This document shows, piece after piece, positions 1 through 13,033 of a stretch of 64,000 bases of DNA (positions are counted from its first letter, which is position 1; each line of letters begins with the position of its first letter). The position numbers and the translations under genes were made by a program. Source of the DNA: Macrostomum lignano (taxonomy: Eukaryota); contig NIVC01002136.1 in NCBI GenBank assembly GCA_002269645.1, positions 62,001 through 126,000 of the forward strand, read 5' to 3'. The notes under the pieces were generated by a model, which searched no databases, was not told where the DNA came from, and saw nothing but the letters and a program-made list of their open reading frames with translations.

Positions 1-256
1 TGTGTGACTAGTTGTTAGGATTTGAGTGAATGGTGCTGTGTGACTAGTTGGGATTTGAGTGAATGGTGCTGTGTGACTAGTTGTTAGGATTTGAGTGAAT
101 GATGCTGTGTGACTAGTTGGGATTTGAGTGAATGGTGCTGTGTGACTAGCTGGGATTTGAGTGAATGGTGCTGTGTGACTAGTTGTTAGGATTTGAGTGA
201 ATGGTGCTGTGTGACTAGTTGTTAGGATTTGAGTGAATGGTGCTGTGTGACTAGTT
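1..256. repeat. 32-36-bp intronic minisatellite
   Basis: Unit TGTGTGACTAGTTG(TTA)GGATTTGAGTGAATGGTGC. Confidence 0.95.
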
Positions 257-300
257 GGAAATTGGAATGAACTATTGCTTGCTGGTCCAAGGAGATTCAC

Positions 301-1646
301 CTGGCTGATGTTTTTGCTCATCTCCCTGGCGAAGTCCTCCTCGTAGCGCTCCTCGGCCAGATATCCTTCCAGGACGTCCTTGAGAATTTTGTGCACTTCG
401 GCTACGGGGAAATTGCGGTGCGGACCAAGCTGGTAGCTGTTCTCCAGCTTCACCGCGCCGTGATGAGGCAGCTCGTCAATCTGCGACACGGAGCTGATCG
501 GTCTGAGGCGGGAGGTTGCGGAGAATTCTTAGAAACTATCGTTTGAATCTGCGCGGGCACTAGCGAGCAATTCAATTAAAAGAAGTTGATTCAAAAACTG
601 AAAGTTCTGAGGTGCAGCGAAAAAAGTCCTAATAAATCTCGAAGGATGAAGAACAATTTCAAAGAAATTTGAAAATTAAAAAAATGTTTTGAAAACGGAG
701 AAAATCGTAGGGAAACGTGAATAAAAATAAAACAAAGTAGAAATTGTGATGCAGCAACCTTTTGATACAATGACGTCTGTCTAAAAGATAGTGACAACAT
801 TTCCGGAAAACTGAAACTGATTCAAGGGATTATGGCGTTGATCTAATGGATAATTGCTCTAATCCAAGGGATAATGACGCTAATCCGATGGATAATAGTG
901 CAACCCCTAGAGCAACGGTACCCAAATTTGAGTAGAGTGCATCGCATCGCAGTGTTGATAAAAAGTAAAAAAAAAACAACACAATCACTCAGTAACTTTC
1001 AGGATGCTGTGAATTAGGAATTCCTAATTATGATTATTATGAAAACTATTGCAAATTGGGCTCTTACTCGTACTAACACTTTTTTCGAAAGAGCAACCCT
1101 GTCGCAATCTTCTTTTGCTGCCAAGGCACAGACAGGATAGGCGAGACAGGCGTCAGTTTATAAATCAAAGCGGGTGTAAAGGCCAGGCATTGCAACAGAC
1201 AATAGAAATCGCAAGCGGACAGAAGAACCAATGCAAAGAGAGCCGAACAAAAGCCACGAAGGAATGTAAAAAAAGGTTTGAAATTTTTTAAAACACCTTT
1301 CGTCATCCTCAGCAATGAAGCTCTTTCTGCTGCTGTAAGGACACATTTATGGGTTGGCATAAATATTAAGATACCAGGTACATTTATAAAATATTTTGTT
1401 AATATGGGGCCAATGTTTGTGACAAAGGCAAAAAAGACTTTATTGGCTCTATATTGAAAATATTTATAAACATTAGATTATGGTTGAAATGTATTCATAT
1501 GTTAACTACTACTGAATTCCAAAGCAAACTTACTGGCTAAACCTTCCTCCTGGGAGATGCTTCATCTGGAAGTGGCCAGTCGCTGGGGCGTTGCTCTGCT
1601 TGCGCAGATTCCTAGCTGCCCTGTCTTTTGCCAAGTCGCTGGCCAT
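301..1646 (-). CDS. TCTEX1D1: Tctex1-domain dynein light chain (TCTEX1D1/DYNLT5-like), 5' two coding exons; gene continues past the window start
   Basis: Exons 1646-1543 (MASDLAKDRAARNLRKQS...GG, phase 2) and 502-301 (RPISSVSQIDE...KLENSYQLGPHRNFPVAEVHKILKDVLEGYLAEERYEEDFAREMSKNISQ, phase 0) with GT-AG sites in matching phase. ENxYQLGP...FP...IL.DV...Y is the Tctex1D1 signature. Not in the ORF track. Confidence 0.88.
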
Positions 1647-3438
1647 TTGTGCATGCAAAACCATGACATTCTGATTCATTTTTAATCTAGCCTTGCAGTA
1701 CTTACTAGTGAACGAAATAAATAAAAATTAAAGTATGCACATTACTTGATTTCATTAGAATTTTGACTATTCGTTGCGTTGAAATGCCTTCAGCCACAAG
1801 GAAAAACATAAAAATTCTTAGCTACTCTGCAGTTTAATATATCTACCATATTTAGATTTACTATAATAAAATGCATGGGAGATGCTTCATCTAGAAGTGA
1901 CATTTGAAGGATGAAATATATTTCTTTCTTTCCAAACGCTTGATTTAGTTAAACGTTTTATTGGACTTTTTATATTAGGTTATAATACGAAAATTCAACA
2001 ATATGCCATTTCTGATTTTATGATTATTGTTAGACTTAGAATTGGAAAGAAGCATTTATACAAAGATGTATGTGCAAAAGTAACCATTAAAAAGTAATCA
2101 TTTGATTCATAATTAAATCTAAATGTTAATAATTCGAACAAAGGTTTTCCTTAATAAGAAATTTAATAAGATAACAATTATTTTTTATTTTTGTCGTAGT
2201 TACGGTAACGGTACTCGTGAGCATTGAACAACTGATTCTATTCTAGCATATAAACTACATAAAAAAATTCGTTATAGAGCGGCTAATCAACCTTTTTTGA
2301 ATAAAAAAGAAGAAAAGAAAATACTCAAACCCTCGATTTTCTTTCCACCTTTATACATATTAGCTATCATATCGTTCATGGCGTTATGATATAAATCAGA
2401 AAGAACACGTTCAATTTATGAAACAACCAAAAAAATTTAAAGCATGCGTTGTTAAAAACACATTTGCATTATATTGACACCATGGATCCACGTAAACAAA
2501 AAAGGATTTACTACAATTACTAATGAAAATCTAGTGTTTCAGAAGTTTTTTCTTATAGTTTTAGATTTTGATGTACATTTCTAATCAAAATATTGAAGTA
2601 ATTTGTTAAAACGTACTAACACCGAAAGTTTAAGCGATATTTTCAAATAATTTGTCAGCGTCAAAAATTAAAACTTTAAATAAAATGTTATTAAACCATC
2701 AATAGCTATCGTATTTTACACGAATAGACACTTTCATTTATACATGTACCGGCAGGTCACTACAGCCGATGCCTTCACAAAAGGTACCGAAATTTTGCTA
2801 CACAAATTTCACTTTTCTTGTGTAATCTAGCTTAAGCTCAAGCACAGGCGTACATATTCAATGTGTGTACAGCGTGGCGGCTCACTGGATTGAACCATTA
2901 GATATTCGAGTACATGTAGTGATAATGTCAACTGGACAGTAGGACCAGGAACTGATAAGTACTTTTTTCCATAATTATTTACATACAGCTGTACGAAAGT
3001 ACGTGTACATTGTACTGTGCAATTGCGTGTATAGCAGTGTAGTTCTAGCTCGTACGATTCTGTGTACTAAAGTGCTCCCTTTTTAGTTCAAGAAGTTCCA
3101 TTTTTATGACGTATGCATTACTTTTAAATTTTGTGTTTGAATATTCAGGTTTTTTGCTACTTGTACACTGTATGATCATTCACTGTTCACTAAAAAGGGT
3201 TCGAAAGAGGCCACAAGCATTTGTATTACAAGTACAAGCTTATGAGCTTAATCTGGAGAGCGATGTTTTCTCTCTGTGATTTTCGTGTATTTTACAGAGG
3301 CAGATTAAATACAGACCATATAGGAGCTGATCAACTATGGCATAATAAACAGAATGAAAAAATCACACGAAAAAGGTCCTAGTTGTTCCTTGCAAAGCCC
3401 TGATATCAGTAGAGCGATGCGGCTATTGTATTTAGAAC

Positions 3439-3971
3439 TCAATTCTTGCCCGAAGCGCCACCAGGCGGTCGAGCTTTGTGCAAACTCTGGATTTTAAAGG
3501 ACAGGTCGCGGAGCTTTCGCATCACGTCGCCAGTTTCCTCTTTCATCAGGCTCTGGCCCTCCTTGGACTGCAGGCTGGGCACGCGATCCTGGTGGGGGGC
3601 ATCTCTGGAATTAAGGTGAGATGGGGCTAATGGGTAGATGCTCAATTAGACAGAAACTTGGACAGACAGACACTTGGACAGAGAGGCAGACAGACAGACA
3701 GACACAGACAGACACAGACAGTCACAGACAGACAGACAGACAGACACAGACAGTCACAGACAGACAGACAGAGACAGGCCGACAGACAGACAGACACAGA
3801 CAGACAGACAGACAGTCACAGAGAGAGACAGACGGACAGACAGACAGACACAGACATACAGACAGACAGACAGAGACAGACGGACAGACAGACAGACAGA
3901 CACAGACAGTCACAGACAGACACAGACAGTCAGACCGACAGACAGGCAGACAGACCGACCAACGGACAGAC

Positions 3972-4044
<73 letters not shown>

Positions 4045-4319
4045 AAGACAGACACAGACAGACGGACTCACTTGTCCAGCTGCTCCAGCCGGCCGTCCAT
4101 CTCAAAGTGCCGCTCGGAGAGGCCCTCCTGCATCTCCCTAGCAGCGTCCAGTGACTCGAAGGAATTTCCCACATCAAAGGCCCGCAGCCGGCCCTCGTTG
4201 AAGTCGTTCAGCAGGCGAATGAGGCTGACCTCCATCTGGCGCACATTCTCCAAATCGGTGATGAACACGTGCTCCCGGCAGGGACGCTGGCAACCCGAGC
4301 CGGTGACGGAGTCCGACAT
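3439..4319 (-). CDS. CCDC28: Coiled-coil domain-containing protein 28 (CCDC28A/B-like), 137 aa from Met 4319
   Basis: Exons 4319-4072 ([32 protein letters not shown]...[16 protein letters not shown]; donor GTGAGT, phase 2) and 3604-3439 (DAPHQ...[12 protein letters not shown]; stop). Matches the conserved CCDC28 core as recalled. An acceptor at 4334-4335 indicates a further 5' exon. Confidence 0.85.
3658..4064. repeat. (GACA)n-type microsatellite filling the CCDC28 intron
   Basis: Imperfect GACA run. Confidence 0.97.
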
Positions 4320-4704
4320 TGTCTGCTGCCTGTCTGATTTATACTACTAAGAGTAGACTGGCTGCTCAGACGCTGCTGAAACATGATGTGAACGTGAAGG
4401 CAATGTATTTTCTTGTGTCGTTTGTAGATTAAAACAGAAACAAAAATTGCCCTTAAATATAAAGTAGCACTCGGAGAGATGACCGCAAATATCTTTGAGC
4501 CATCCCCCCCCCAGATGCCGTTCTTGCACCTCTAATAAAAACCACTCCTGAATCCATGGCCTGGAGTCCGTAACATATCGCCCGAAATCCGTGAAAAAGG
4601 CACCTTGAATCTCAAAGAAATGGGTAGCCATAGAAACCATAAGTTTTAAAAAAATCGCCACGAATACCCGAGCAATTGCCCCCGAATGCATGCGAGATCG
4701 CCCT

Positions 4705-4990
4705 TTGATTCATAAAAAATTGCCCTTGGATGCCTGAGAAATCGCCCTTGGATGCCTGAGAAATCGCCCTTGAATACCTGAGAAATCGCCCTTTAATTCA
4801 TGAAAAATTGCCCTTGGATAACTGAGAAATCGCCCTCGAAATTGCAACTGAATACCTCAAAAATCGCCTCTGAATACCCGAGAAATTGCCCCTAGATACA
4901 TGAGAAATCGCCCCTAGATACATGAGAAATCGCCCCTGGGCCTGAATACCTGAGAAATCGCCCACGGAATACCTGAGAAATGGTCTCTAA
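4705..4990. repeat. ~22-bp degenerate minisatellite
   Basis: Unit GAGAAATCGCCCTTGAATACCT. Confidence 0.85.
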
Positions 4991-5618
4991 GCCTTTGAAA
5001 GATAGCCTCTAAAGCGAAATAAAAATAAGCAAAATAAATAGTAACAAGTTTATGAGTTGATTTTTATAATGAAAAACTATGAAGCCGCTGACAATGAAGT
5101 TGATGATTGAAAAGGAAACTGAGAAGCAATAAAAATTAATAACAAACAGGAAACAAATTTTACCACAGTAATGTCTTGATTGATAAATAGAGTAATTCTG
5201 TCTCCATAGTTTGACTTAGCATCACTGCCCACAGCTCAGCTTGAATTTGAAATACAAAAAATCTTGTTTGTCATCTGAAAACGACAAGAATCTTTTACGG
5301 TATTGCAAGCTGAAATGATTAACTTGCATGGCTACGAGTAACTAGCAAACAGATTAACACAATATGCGGGATGCAGGACTAGGGATGGGGAGCAGAAGGT
5401 GAGACGCGAACGAGCACAATAGGCAGGTCTGTAGCTTGTGGATAATTTTTAAAATGAATTAAACAATAACAACAAGCTGAAGGACAAGTTGTATCGCCGT
5501 GAAATTGCATGAATTGCCTGCTGAATTTAAACTAATACATGCAGTTTGTTTTAATATTGGAAGGCTCAAAACAGTTGGTTTGATGGCAAATTACTATTAT
5601 CAAAACTAGCACTATTAT

Positions 5619-6101
5619 CACAGGGTGTCACTCACAGACCGCAGGGTTGTCCCTCCCAGATCACAGGGTGTCACTCCTAGATCACAGGGTGTCACTCACA
5701 GACCGCAGGGTGTCACTCACAGATCACAGGGTGTCACTCACAGATCACAGGGTGTCACTCACAGATCACAGGGTGTTACTCCCAGATCACAGGGTGTCAC
5801 ACAGACCACAGGGTGTCACTCTCATATCACAGGTTGTCACACAGATCACAGGGTGTCACACAGACCACAGGGTGTCACTCTCATATCACAGGTTGTCACA
5901 CAGACCACAGGGTGTCACTCACAGATCACAGGGTGTCACTCAGATCACAGGGTGTCACTCACAGATCACAGGGTGTCACACAGACCACAGGGGTCACTCT
6001 CATATCACAGGGTGTCACTCCTAGATCACAGGGTGTCACTCCTAGATCACAGGGTGTCACTCACAGATCACAGGGTGTTACTCTCATATCACAGGGTGTC
6101 A
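5619..6101. repeat. ~21-bp minisatellite
   Basis: Unit CACAGGGTGTCACTCACAGAT. Confidence 0.95.
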
Positions 6102-6777
6102 CACCACGCAGAACAGAACAAGCTACAAGTAGAAATCCCCCAGACACAGCAGTGGCTATAAAATTAGGAAAGCATTCACATTAAATAAATACTGCCAACT
6201 AATTATCGACGCCAAAAGTGATGAAGCTGCGGTAAATTGAAAGCTCAGACTCTTGAGTTAAAAATAAATTTAGTAAGCGATGCAAATCTGTGAAGAGTTT
6301 AACAAAATTTAAACGCACAAAATGAGGATTGAGTCGGGCAGGAGTGTACTCACAGGGGGTGCAGATGCCTGGCAGAATCTGCTAAAGTGAAGGCCACTAA
6401 CTATTTTCAAAAGACTATAAAAAAACTCTCTAGTTCTCATTTCGTCCAGGCATCATGCGCACGCATACGAACTGTGGGATAAATGGAGCAATCTACTGAT
6501 AAGCTTGACAAAGCTTAATAATAATAATACTTATCTATTAATAATTAACATACCGTATGAATTAACTGACAATTTTTGTTCATAAAAACGAACTAATGCA
6601 AAATCAAGGCATTGCCTCAAAGCGAAGACGACAGCTAATAGACGGTCAAGTTATTAGAATACACAAGAAAACAAAATCGAAACTAAAGTTGGATAAAAAA
6701 TACGAGATAAAAATATTTATCATTCCACTCTGTCAAATAATTCTTCAATGAAAGAAGCTGCAAGGAGAGGCTAGGGC

Positions 6778-7490
6778 TCACCCACCACCCCACTCCACAG
6801 GAGCTAGCGATAATCAATGCTTTAGTGAATACACCCACCACCCCATTCCGCCGGAGCAGGCGATAATCAATGCTTTAGTGAATACACCCACCACCCCATT
6901 CCGCCGGAGCAGGCGATAATCAATGCTTTAGTGAATACACCCACCACCCCATTCCGCCGGAGCAGGCGATAATCAATGCTTTAGTGAATACACCCACCAC
7001 CCCATTCCGCCGGAGCAGGCGATAATCAATGCTTTAGTGAATACACCCACCACCCCATTCCGCCGAAGCAGGCGATAATCAATGCTTTAGTGGAAACACC
7101 CACCACCCCACTCCGCCGGAGCTAGCGAAAATCAATGCTTTAGTGGAAACACCCACCACCCCACTCCACCGGAGCTAGCGAGAATCAATGCTTTAGTGGA
7201 AACACCCACCACCCCACTCCACCGGAGCTAGCGATAATCAATGCTTTAGTGAATACACCCACCACCCCACTCCACAGGAGCTAGCGATAATCAATGCTTT
7301 AGTGAATACACCCACCACCCCATTCCGCCGGAGCAGGCGATAATCAATGCTTTAGTGAATACACCCACCATCCCATTCCGCCAGAGCAGGCGATAATCAA
7401 TGCTTTAGTGGAAACACCCACCACCCCACTCCACCGGAGCTAGCGATAATCAATTCTTTAGTGGAAACACCCATCACCCACTCAACCGGG
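6778..7490. repeat. 53-bp minisatellite, about 13 copies
   Basis: Unit ACACCCACCACCCCATTCCGCCGGAGCAGGCGATAATCAATGCTTTAGTGAAT. Confidence 0.97.
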
Positions 7491-7719
7491 GCCAGCGCGC
7501 GCACAAATCAAGTCTATAATCTATTGAAAGTTATAAGCAGAGTGGCATGATAACTGTCTTGTACGTTATTCAAAAAGCGTCGCGATAAATGGCATGCAAT
7601 GTAGGGAGGGATGCAGGGAGTCATCCCGTCATTCGAAATCAGCTTTCTATTATTTCAAAAGTCGTTCCTAACTCTAAAGCAACGTTTCGTAGAGAATCAA
7701 AACAGCAAGCGTATAGTTG

Positions 7720-10700
7720 TTAGGCCAGCAAAAATGGCGGCACCGACTGGACCCGGCAGCCGCTATCGCAGCAATCCAATTCAAAACCGGCCGGCGCGCG
7801 CTCCCGAGACCAGGCGTCAACACGACTAGCCAGGCGACACCTGGACACGCCCGGACAGTCCAACAGGCGCAGACAGCGCAGCCGGGGACACGCATCAACC
7901 AGAGCGGCAACGCAATCGTCAGTGAGGTGAGCGCAGTCGTGCAATTCCAGTTCAACCAGACCGGCCGGCAGGTTGGCGCAGGCAGCCGCGAGGCCACGGC
8001 CGGTGACATCAGCGCACGATTGCAGACGAAGAGACGCCAGCGAGGGCGGACAGGCCGGCAGAATCTCTTCGGCTAGCAGAGCGTCAGTGAGGCTGGTAAT
8101 GCACAAAGTCAACTGGCGGAGTCGGCCAAGTTTAGGTAGCAAGCGGCTTAGTCCGTCCAGCGGCCGGCCAGCCCGTCCGGCCGGTCCGAACTCCTGGGCG
8201 AACAGGGACAGACAAGCCAGGCGATGACAGCCGGCCAGACAGGTGACCAACCGGTCGGCCGAGAAGGCCCCGTAGCTAAAGTGCAGGCAGAGTTCGGTGA
8301 GCTGCGGCAGCATGGCCAGGCCGGACAAGTCAGCTGACAAGTCGCCCAAGCGCGGCAGGTCGCGGGCGCACAGGCGGCGCAGGCGGGGACAGGCAGCCAG
8401 CAGGCTGGTGAGGCTGGGCTCGAACAAGTCGCGAAAGCTGATGGCCAGAGAGGCGAGCTGGGGCGGCGCGAACTCGGCCAGAGCGGCCAGATCCGCTTTG
8501 CTAGGCGCCCGGCCCCAGTCCAAGTCCAGGCGGTTCAGCTTAGGCGCCGCTCTGGCTATGGCCGGCGCCAGACCCGTGGCGCCGTTGATGGGGTGCCTGG
8601 CCCGAATTCCAAGCTCGCGTAGCGGTAGCCAAGCAAGCCGTGGCGCCGGGCGCGCCAGTCTGCCTGGCGCCATTTCCATGTCGACGTCAAATCCAACAGC
8701 GACAAATTGATGATTGTAATCGTCGCCAAAGTCGTTATTGAAGTCGTCTGCGTCGGCGCAGTCGGCCGAGTCGACGACGGCCGTCAGGCGAAGCGCGGCG
8801 AGGATGCCTTCGGCAGTGACGCTTGGCAGGCCGCTGAGTACCTGCGCGCGGGGTAAAAGGTATAATAATCATAACAATAATTGATTACACCTGCCTCAAT
8901 TGGGCCAGATGTGCAACCGACAGTTCAGCTGCAGCTATTGCGCGGCGCACCTGAAGGCTGCGTACGGCTGTTCAGTCAAAGGGTCGCCACGCACACCCTT
9001 AATTACCCCAGCCAAGTGTTTTGCTCATGGACACAAATTGTTCCAATGGGATCGCGAATCGAACCCCCGACCTTCCAGTCGTGAGTCCGACGCTATAAGT
9101 CTAACAACTAGGCTACGTCAGCCGTTTCAGAAATTCTAATTAGAAGGCGCACTGGTAGTTAAATAGAACTCCTAGAGTTTCGAGTGCGTGCTCATAGTAG
9201 CTACTCATAGTAGTGCAGTAAAATATCGAAAAGCCGCAGTAATCTTACCACCCGGGTCAGCTGGCCGGCCGGATATTCAGCCGGTCGCTCCGTCAGCCTG
9301 CGCAGGTCGATAGCGTCGGCGCGACCGGCCAGGGAGACGCCCTCCCATCCGGGACAGGCGGTAGCGCCCAGGAACAGGGTCTCCAGACAGGGGAACTGGC
9401 GAACAGTATCGGCTAAGCCAGTATCTGTGAGCAGCACCCGGCCGCCAATGCACAGGCAGCGCAACTGGTCGCAGACGGCCAGTCTAGACAGGAAATCGTC
9501 GCCGAATTCCAGATCGCTCACCCGATCGTCGAAGTTCACCAGGAGGCGCATCAGACAGGGCGCCTGGCTCAGACTGTCAGCTAGGCGGTGCCAGCCCTGA
9601 CCGATTGTTGAATATTGTCATCAATTTTTAGGCTACCGATATGTGTAGAAACAATGCATTTTACACAATTAACACAGCTAGGTACGTAGGATTGCAGTTA
9701 TTAAAGTTGCATGTTTAAGTGACAGAACGAGTTGAACCAATAAGGGAAATAAAGGGCAAAGGGAGACAAAGACACAGGTAACTAGATGAAGGGGGCGTAG
9801 CCTAGTGGTCTGGCGCAGCGCTCGGATGTGCAAGCGGCCCAGGCTTGATACCAATTGGAGTAACATTAATTTGAAGGGGGAGTAGGGACAGGTGAAGGGA
9901 GAGTAGGGACAGGTGAAGGGAGAGTAGGGACAGGTGAAGGGGGAGTAGGGACAGGTGAAGGGAGAGTAGGGACAGGTGAAGGGAGAGTAGGGACAGGTGA
10001 AAGGAAGAGTAGGGACAGGTGAAGGGAGAGTAGGGACAGGTGAAGGGAGAGTAGGGACAGGTGAAAGGGGGAGTAGGGACAGGTGAAGGGAGAGTAGGGA
10101 CAGGTGAAGGGAGAGTAGGGACAGGTGAAAGGAAGAGTAGGGACAGGTGAAGGGAGAGTAGGGACAGGTGAAGGGAGAGTAGGGACAGGTGAAGGGGGAG
10201 TAGGGACAGGTGAAGGGGGAGTAGGGACAGGTGAAGGGAGAGTAGGGACAGGTGAAGGGAGAGTAGGGACAGGTGAAGGGAGAGTAGGGACAGGTGAAGG
10301 GGGAGTAGGGACAGGTGAAGGGGGAGTAGGGACAGGTGAAGGGAGAGTAGGGACAGGTGAAGGGAGAGTAGGGACAGGTGAGGGGAGAGTAGGGACAGGT
10401 GACGGGAGAGTAGGGACAGGTGAAGGGAGAGTAGGGACAGATGACGGGAGAGTAGAGACAGGTGAAGGGAGAGTAGGGACAGGTGAAGGGAGAGTAGGGA
10501 CAGGTGACGGGAGAGTAGAGACAGGTGAGGGGAGAGTAGGGACAGGTGAAGGGATAGTAGGGACAAGTGAAGGTAAAGCGATGAATTTAGCCTGACCCAT
10601 CGAGGTAACCAGAAGCGAGACTTAACCCACAGACGAGTCAAAGTGGATACTTCTCCCGAGTCCACAGGGAAAGACAGTCAGGTGCGGGTAAGTGCAAAGC

Positions 10701-11005
10701 GTGTACACCCAGACACTCACCTGCAGTTCCACGAGCTCCAGGCTGACCAGCCGGCCGGAGGCCAGCAGCGCAGGCCACAGCGGCGTCTCCAGCCGGTGGC
10801 CGCTCAGTCTGACGCGGCGCCACAGGGCGACGCTGGAGGCGACGTTGTTCCACTGGCGGCACACCTGGCGACACCTGGCTAAGCTGGCCTGATCCAGATT
10901 GAGGAACACCCGGTGCAGCAGTTCCTCGGGAAGGAAGCGCAACTGGTGAGGAAAGTCGGGCGCGGAGCAGGGCATTGTGACGCAGGTCGCCACAACGGCG
11001 AGCAT
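7720..11005 (-). CDS. F-box / leucine-rich-repeat (FBXL-type) protein, 584 aa, 3 exons
   Basis: Exons 11005-10721 (F-box LPEELLHRVFLNLDQASLARCRQVCRQWNNVA...LW), 9596-9249 and 8841-7720, all phase 0 with GT-AG. LRRs such as LRLQSCADVTGRGL and LELHDCAHLTDDCV. Confidence 0.88.
9048..9123 (-). pseudogene. tRNA-derived sequence (SINE head or tRNA pseudogene) in FBXL intron 2
   Basis: Minus strand GGCTGACGTAGCCTAGTTGTTAG...GCGTCGGACTCACGACTGGAAGGTCGGGGGTTCGATTC. A and B boxes are present, but the acceptor and anticodon stems do not pair. Confidence 0.65.
9791..9858 (+). pseudogene. tRNA-derived sequence (Ala/Pro-like head) in FBXL intron 1
   Basis: GGGGGCGTAGCCTAGTGGT...GGCCCAGGCTTGATACC, with an A box and a degenerate B box. 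Shares its 3' CC(A/C)ATTGGA tail with the 9048 copy. Confidence 0.55.
9873..10572. repeat. 21-bp purine-rich minisatellite in FBXL intron 1
   Basis: Unit GAAGGGAGAGTAGGGACAGGT, about 33 copies. Confidence 0.97.
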
Positions 11006-11510
11006 TTCTTGAATTTGGAGCCTTTTGAGTTGCTTTGAACTTACTTTATCAGCATGAAAATGTTTATGTCAAATTTTATTTATCATTAATTGAAACTCAA
11101 ATGCACGCGCGACTCTCTACTGTTAGTAGACAAAGATAGCTGCTGAAAAGGAAAAAAAGCAGAATAGTGTCAAATATTACGGGGCTTCCGCAAGCAAAGA
11201 TCAAAGGCCCCAAAAATTTATTAACACAAATTTCCGAGTTTCATAATTATTGTCATTATAAAGTTACGTAGATTTTTAGGGCGATAAGTACTTAAAAATG
11301 CACATTTTTCAACCAATTTGGGCGGTAAAATCGGGGAACAGGAAGATTTGTGGCTCAGATTTGGACAAGGACAAAAAAAACTGCGCGATTAATTGCAAAT
11401 GCATGCAAATAACAATGGCACAATGTTAATTGCCGTTTGAATAGACAATAAAACAATACAATTCTTAAATGCCTAACTTCCAATATACTAAAATTAGGGT
11501 CTAAAAACCA

Positions 11511-12045
11511 AACCAATTAGGGATTGGGGTGGTGGGTACTGAAATTAACAGCTCCTCTCACCCAGACTGACCAATTAGGGAGTGGGATGGTGGGTGCTGA
11601 AATTAACAGCTCCTCTCACCCAGACTGACCAATTAGGGAGTGGGATGGTGGGTGCTGAAATTAACAGCTCCTCTCACCCAGACTGACCAATTAGGGAGTG
11701 GGCTGGTGGGTACTGAAATTAACAGCTCCTCTCACCCAGACTGACCAATTAGGGAGTGGGGTGGTGGGTACTGAAATTAACAGCTCCTCTCACCCAGACT
11801 GACCAATTAGGGAGTGGGGTGGTGGGTGCTGAAATTAACAGCTCCTCTCACCCAGACTGACCAATTAGGGAGTGGGGTGGTGGGTGCTGAAATTAACAGC
11901 TCCTCTCACCCAGACTGACCAATTAGGGAGTGGGGTGGTGGGTGCTGAAATTAACAGCTCCTCTCACCCAGACTGACCAATTAGGGAGTGGGATGGTGGG
12001 TGCTGAAATTAACAGCTCCTCCCACTCAGACTGACTAATAAGGGA
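11511..12045. repeat. 58-bp minisatellite, about 9 copies
   Basis: Unit CCAATTAGGGAGTGGGGTGGTGGGTGCTGAAATTAACAGCTCCTCTCACCCAGACTGA. Confidence 0.97.
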
Positions 12046-12200
12046 GCGGATAATGAAACTTTTCATATCAAATCCCTCAATTGATAGTTAAAGTCATTGT
12101 CTTATTAAAATTTTAACGAATTACGTGAGCAAAAAATAAAATCTCGATTAAAACGAGCGAATAATTCGGTCAAAAAGCCTCCGCAACAGATCCTACGCTA

Positions 12201-12951
12201 CTACCAGTAGAGCGAAGTGTGCAAAAAGTCTGCAGCTCTGGCGAACCAGCTGGCCCGTCGTCTGGCGTCGCCCGGACTCGGCAGTTTCGGCGCGCGTTCG
12301 GACGCGGAATCATCCGGTGAATTGACGAGTAGCTGCGAGTCGTTCAACAAGTAGGCCGGACCGGCAGCTCGCTGCTGCTGCGACTGCGGCACCTCGCACA
12401 GGGTCTCGGTGATGCCGCCCGCAGAATCGTCGTCGTTGTTACCAAATGGTCGCTGGCGCCGGCGGACTACAAGGCGGACAGACAGATGCGGACAGGCCAC
12501 GGTCAGGGCCTCGGCAACGGTTGCTAGAGCGAGGCTACGGTGAAGGCGAAGAAAAACTCGACAGCAGGGTAGGCTGAATGTGACGCTGATAACGCCGCGA
12601 ATGGAGACAAGGGCACGCCTGCGGGGAGGGACATTGGAGTGCAGAGCAGGTGCTTTGACGCTTGGCAAGTGCATAATGGTCGGAGCGAACTATTGGTAGC
12701 GTTACTAACTTCGCTTGGCCTGGAAGAGCTCTAGGCCACTTTTTTAAAAATTTACGTGAAAAAACGCTAATGAAAATAAAAGACACGACTGAAATGACGA
12801 GATACACTAACTTGCACGCTTGATGTTGAGCATGCTGTGTGAATAGGTAGGAAAATAAGAAATCAGAGACCATAAGTACGATGGAGTGTTGGGAGCTTAG
12901 AGTGAAAATAAGATAGATATTAAGAAAAACAGTTGAACAAACAGACAGGCG

Positions 12952-13033
<82 letters not shown>

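Noticed and set aside
1671-1705. 35-nt GT-AG intron in the TCTEX1D1 5' UTR
   Set aside because: It is very short and unsupported without transcripts.
9048-9858. Functional tRNA genes at 9048-9123 and 9791-9858 (also cassette heads A-C)
   Set aside because: A/B-box remnants are present, but the acceptor and anticodon stems cannot be paired, so they are treated as tRNA-derived relics.
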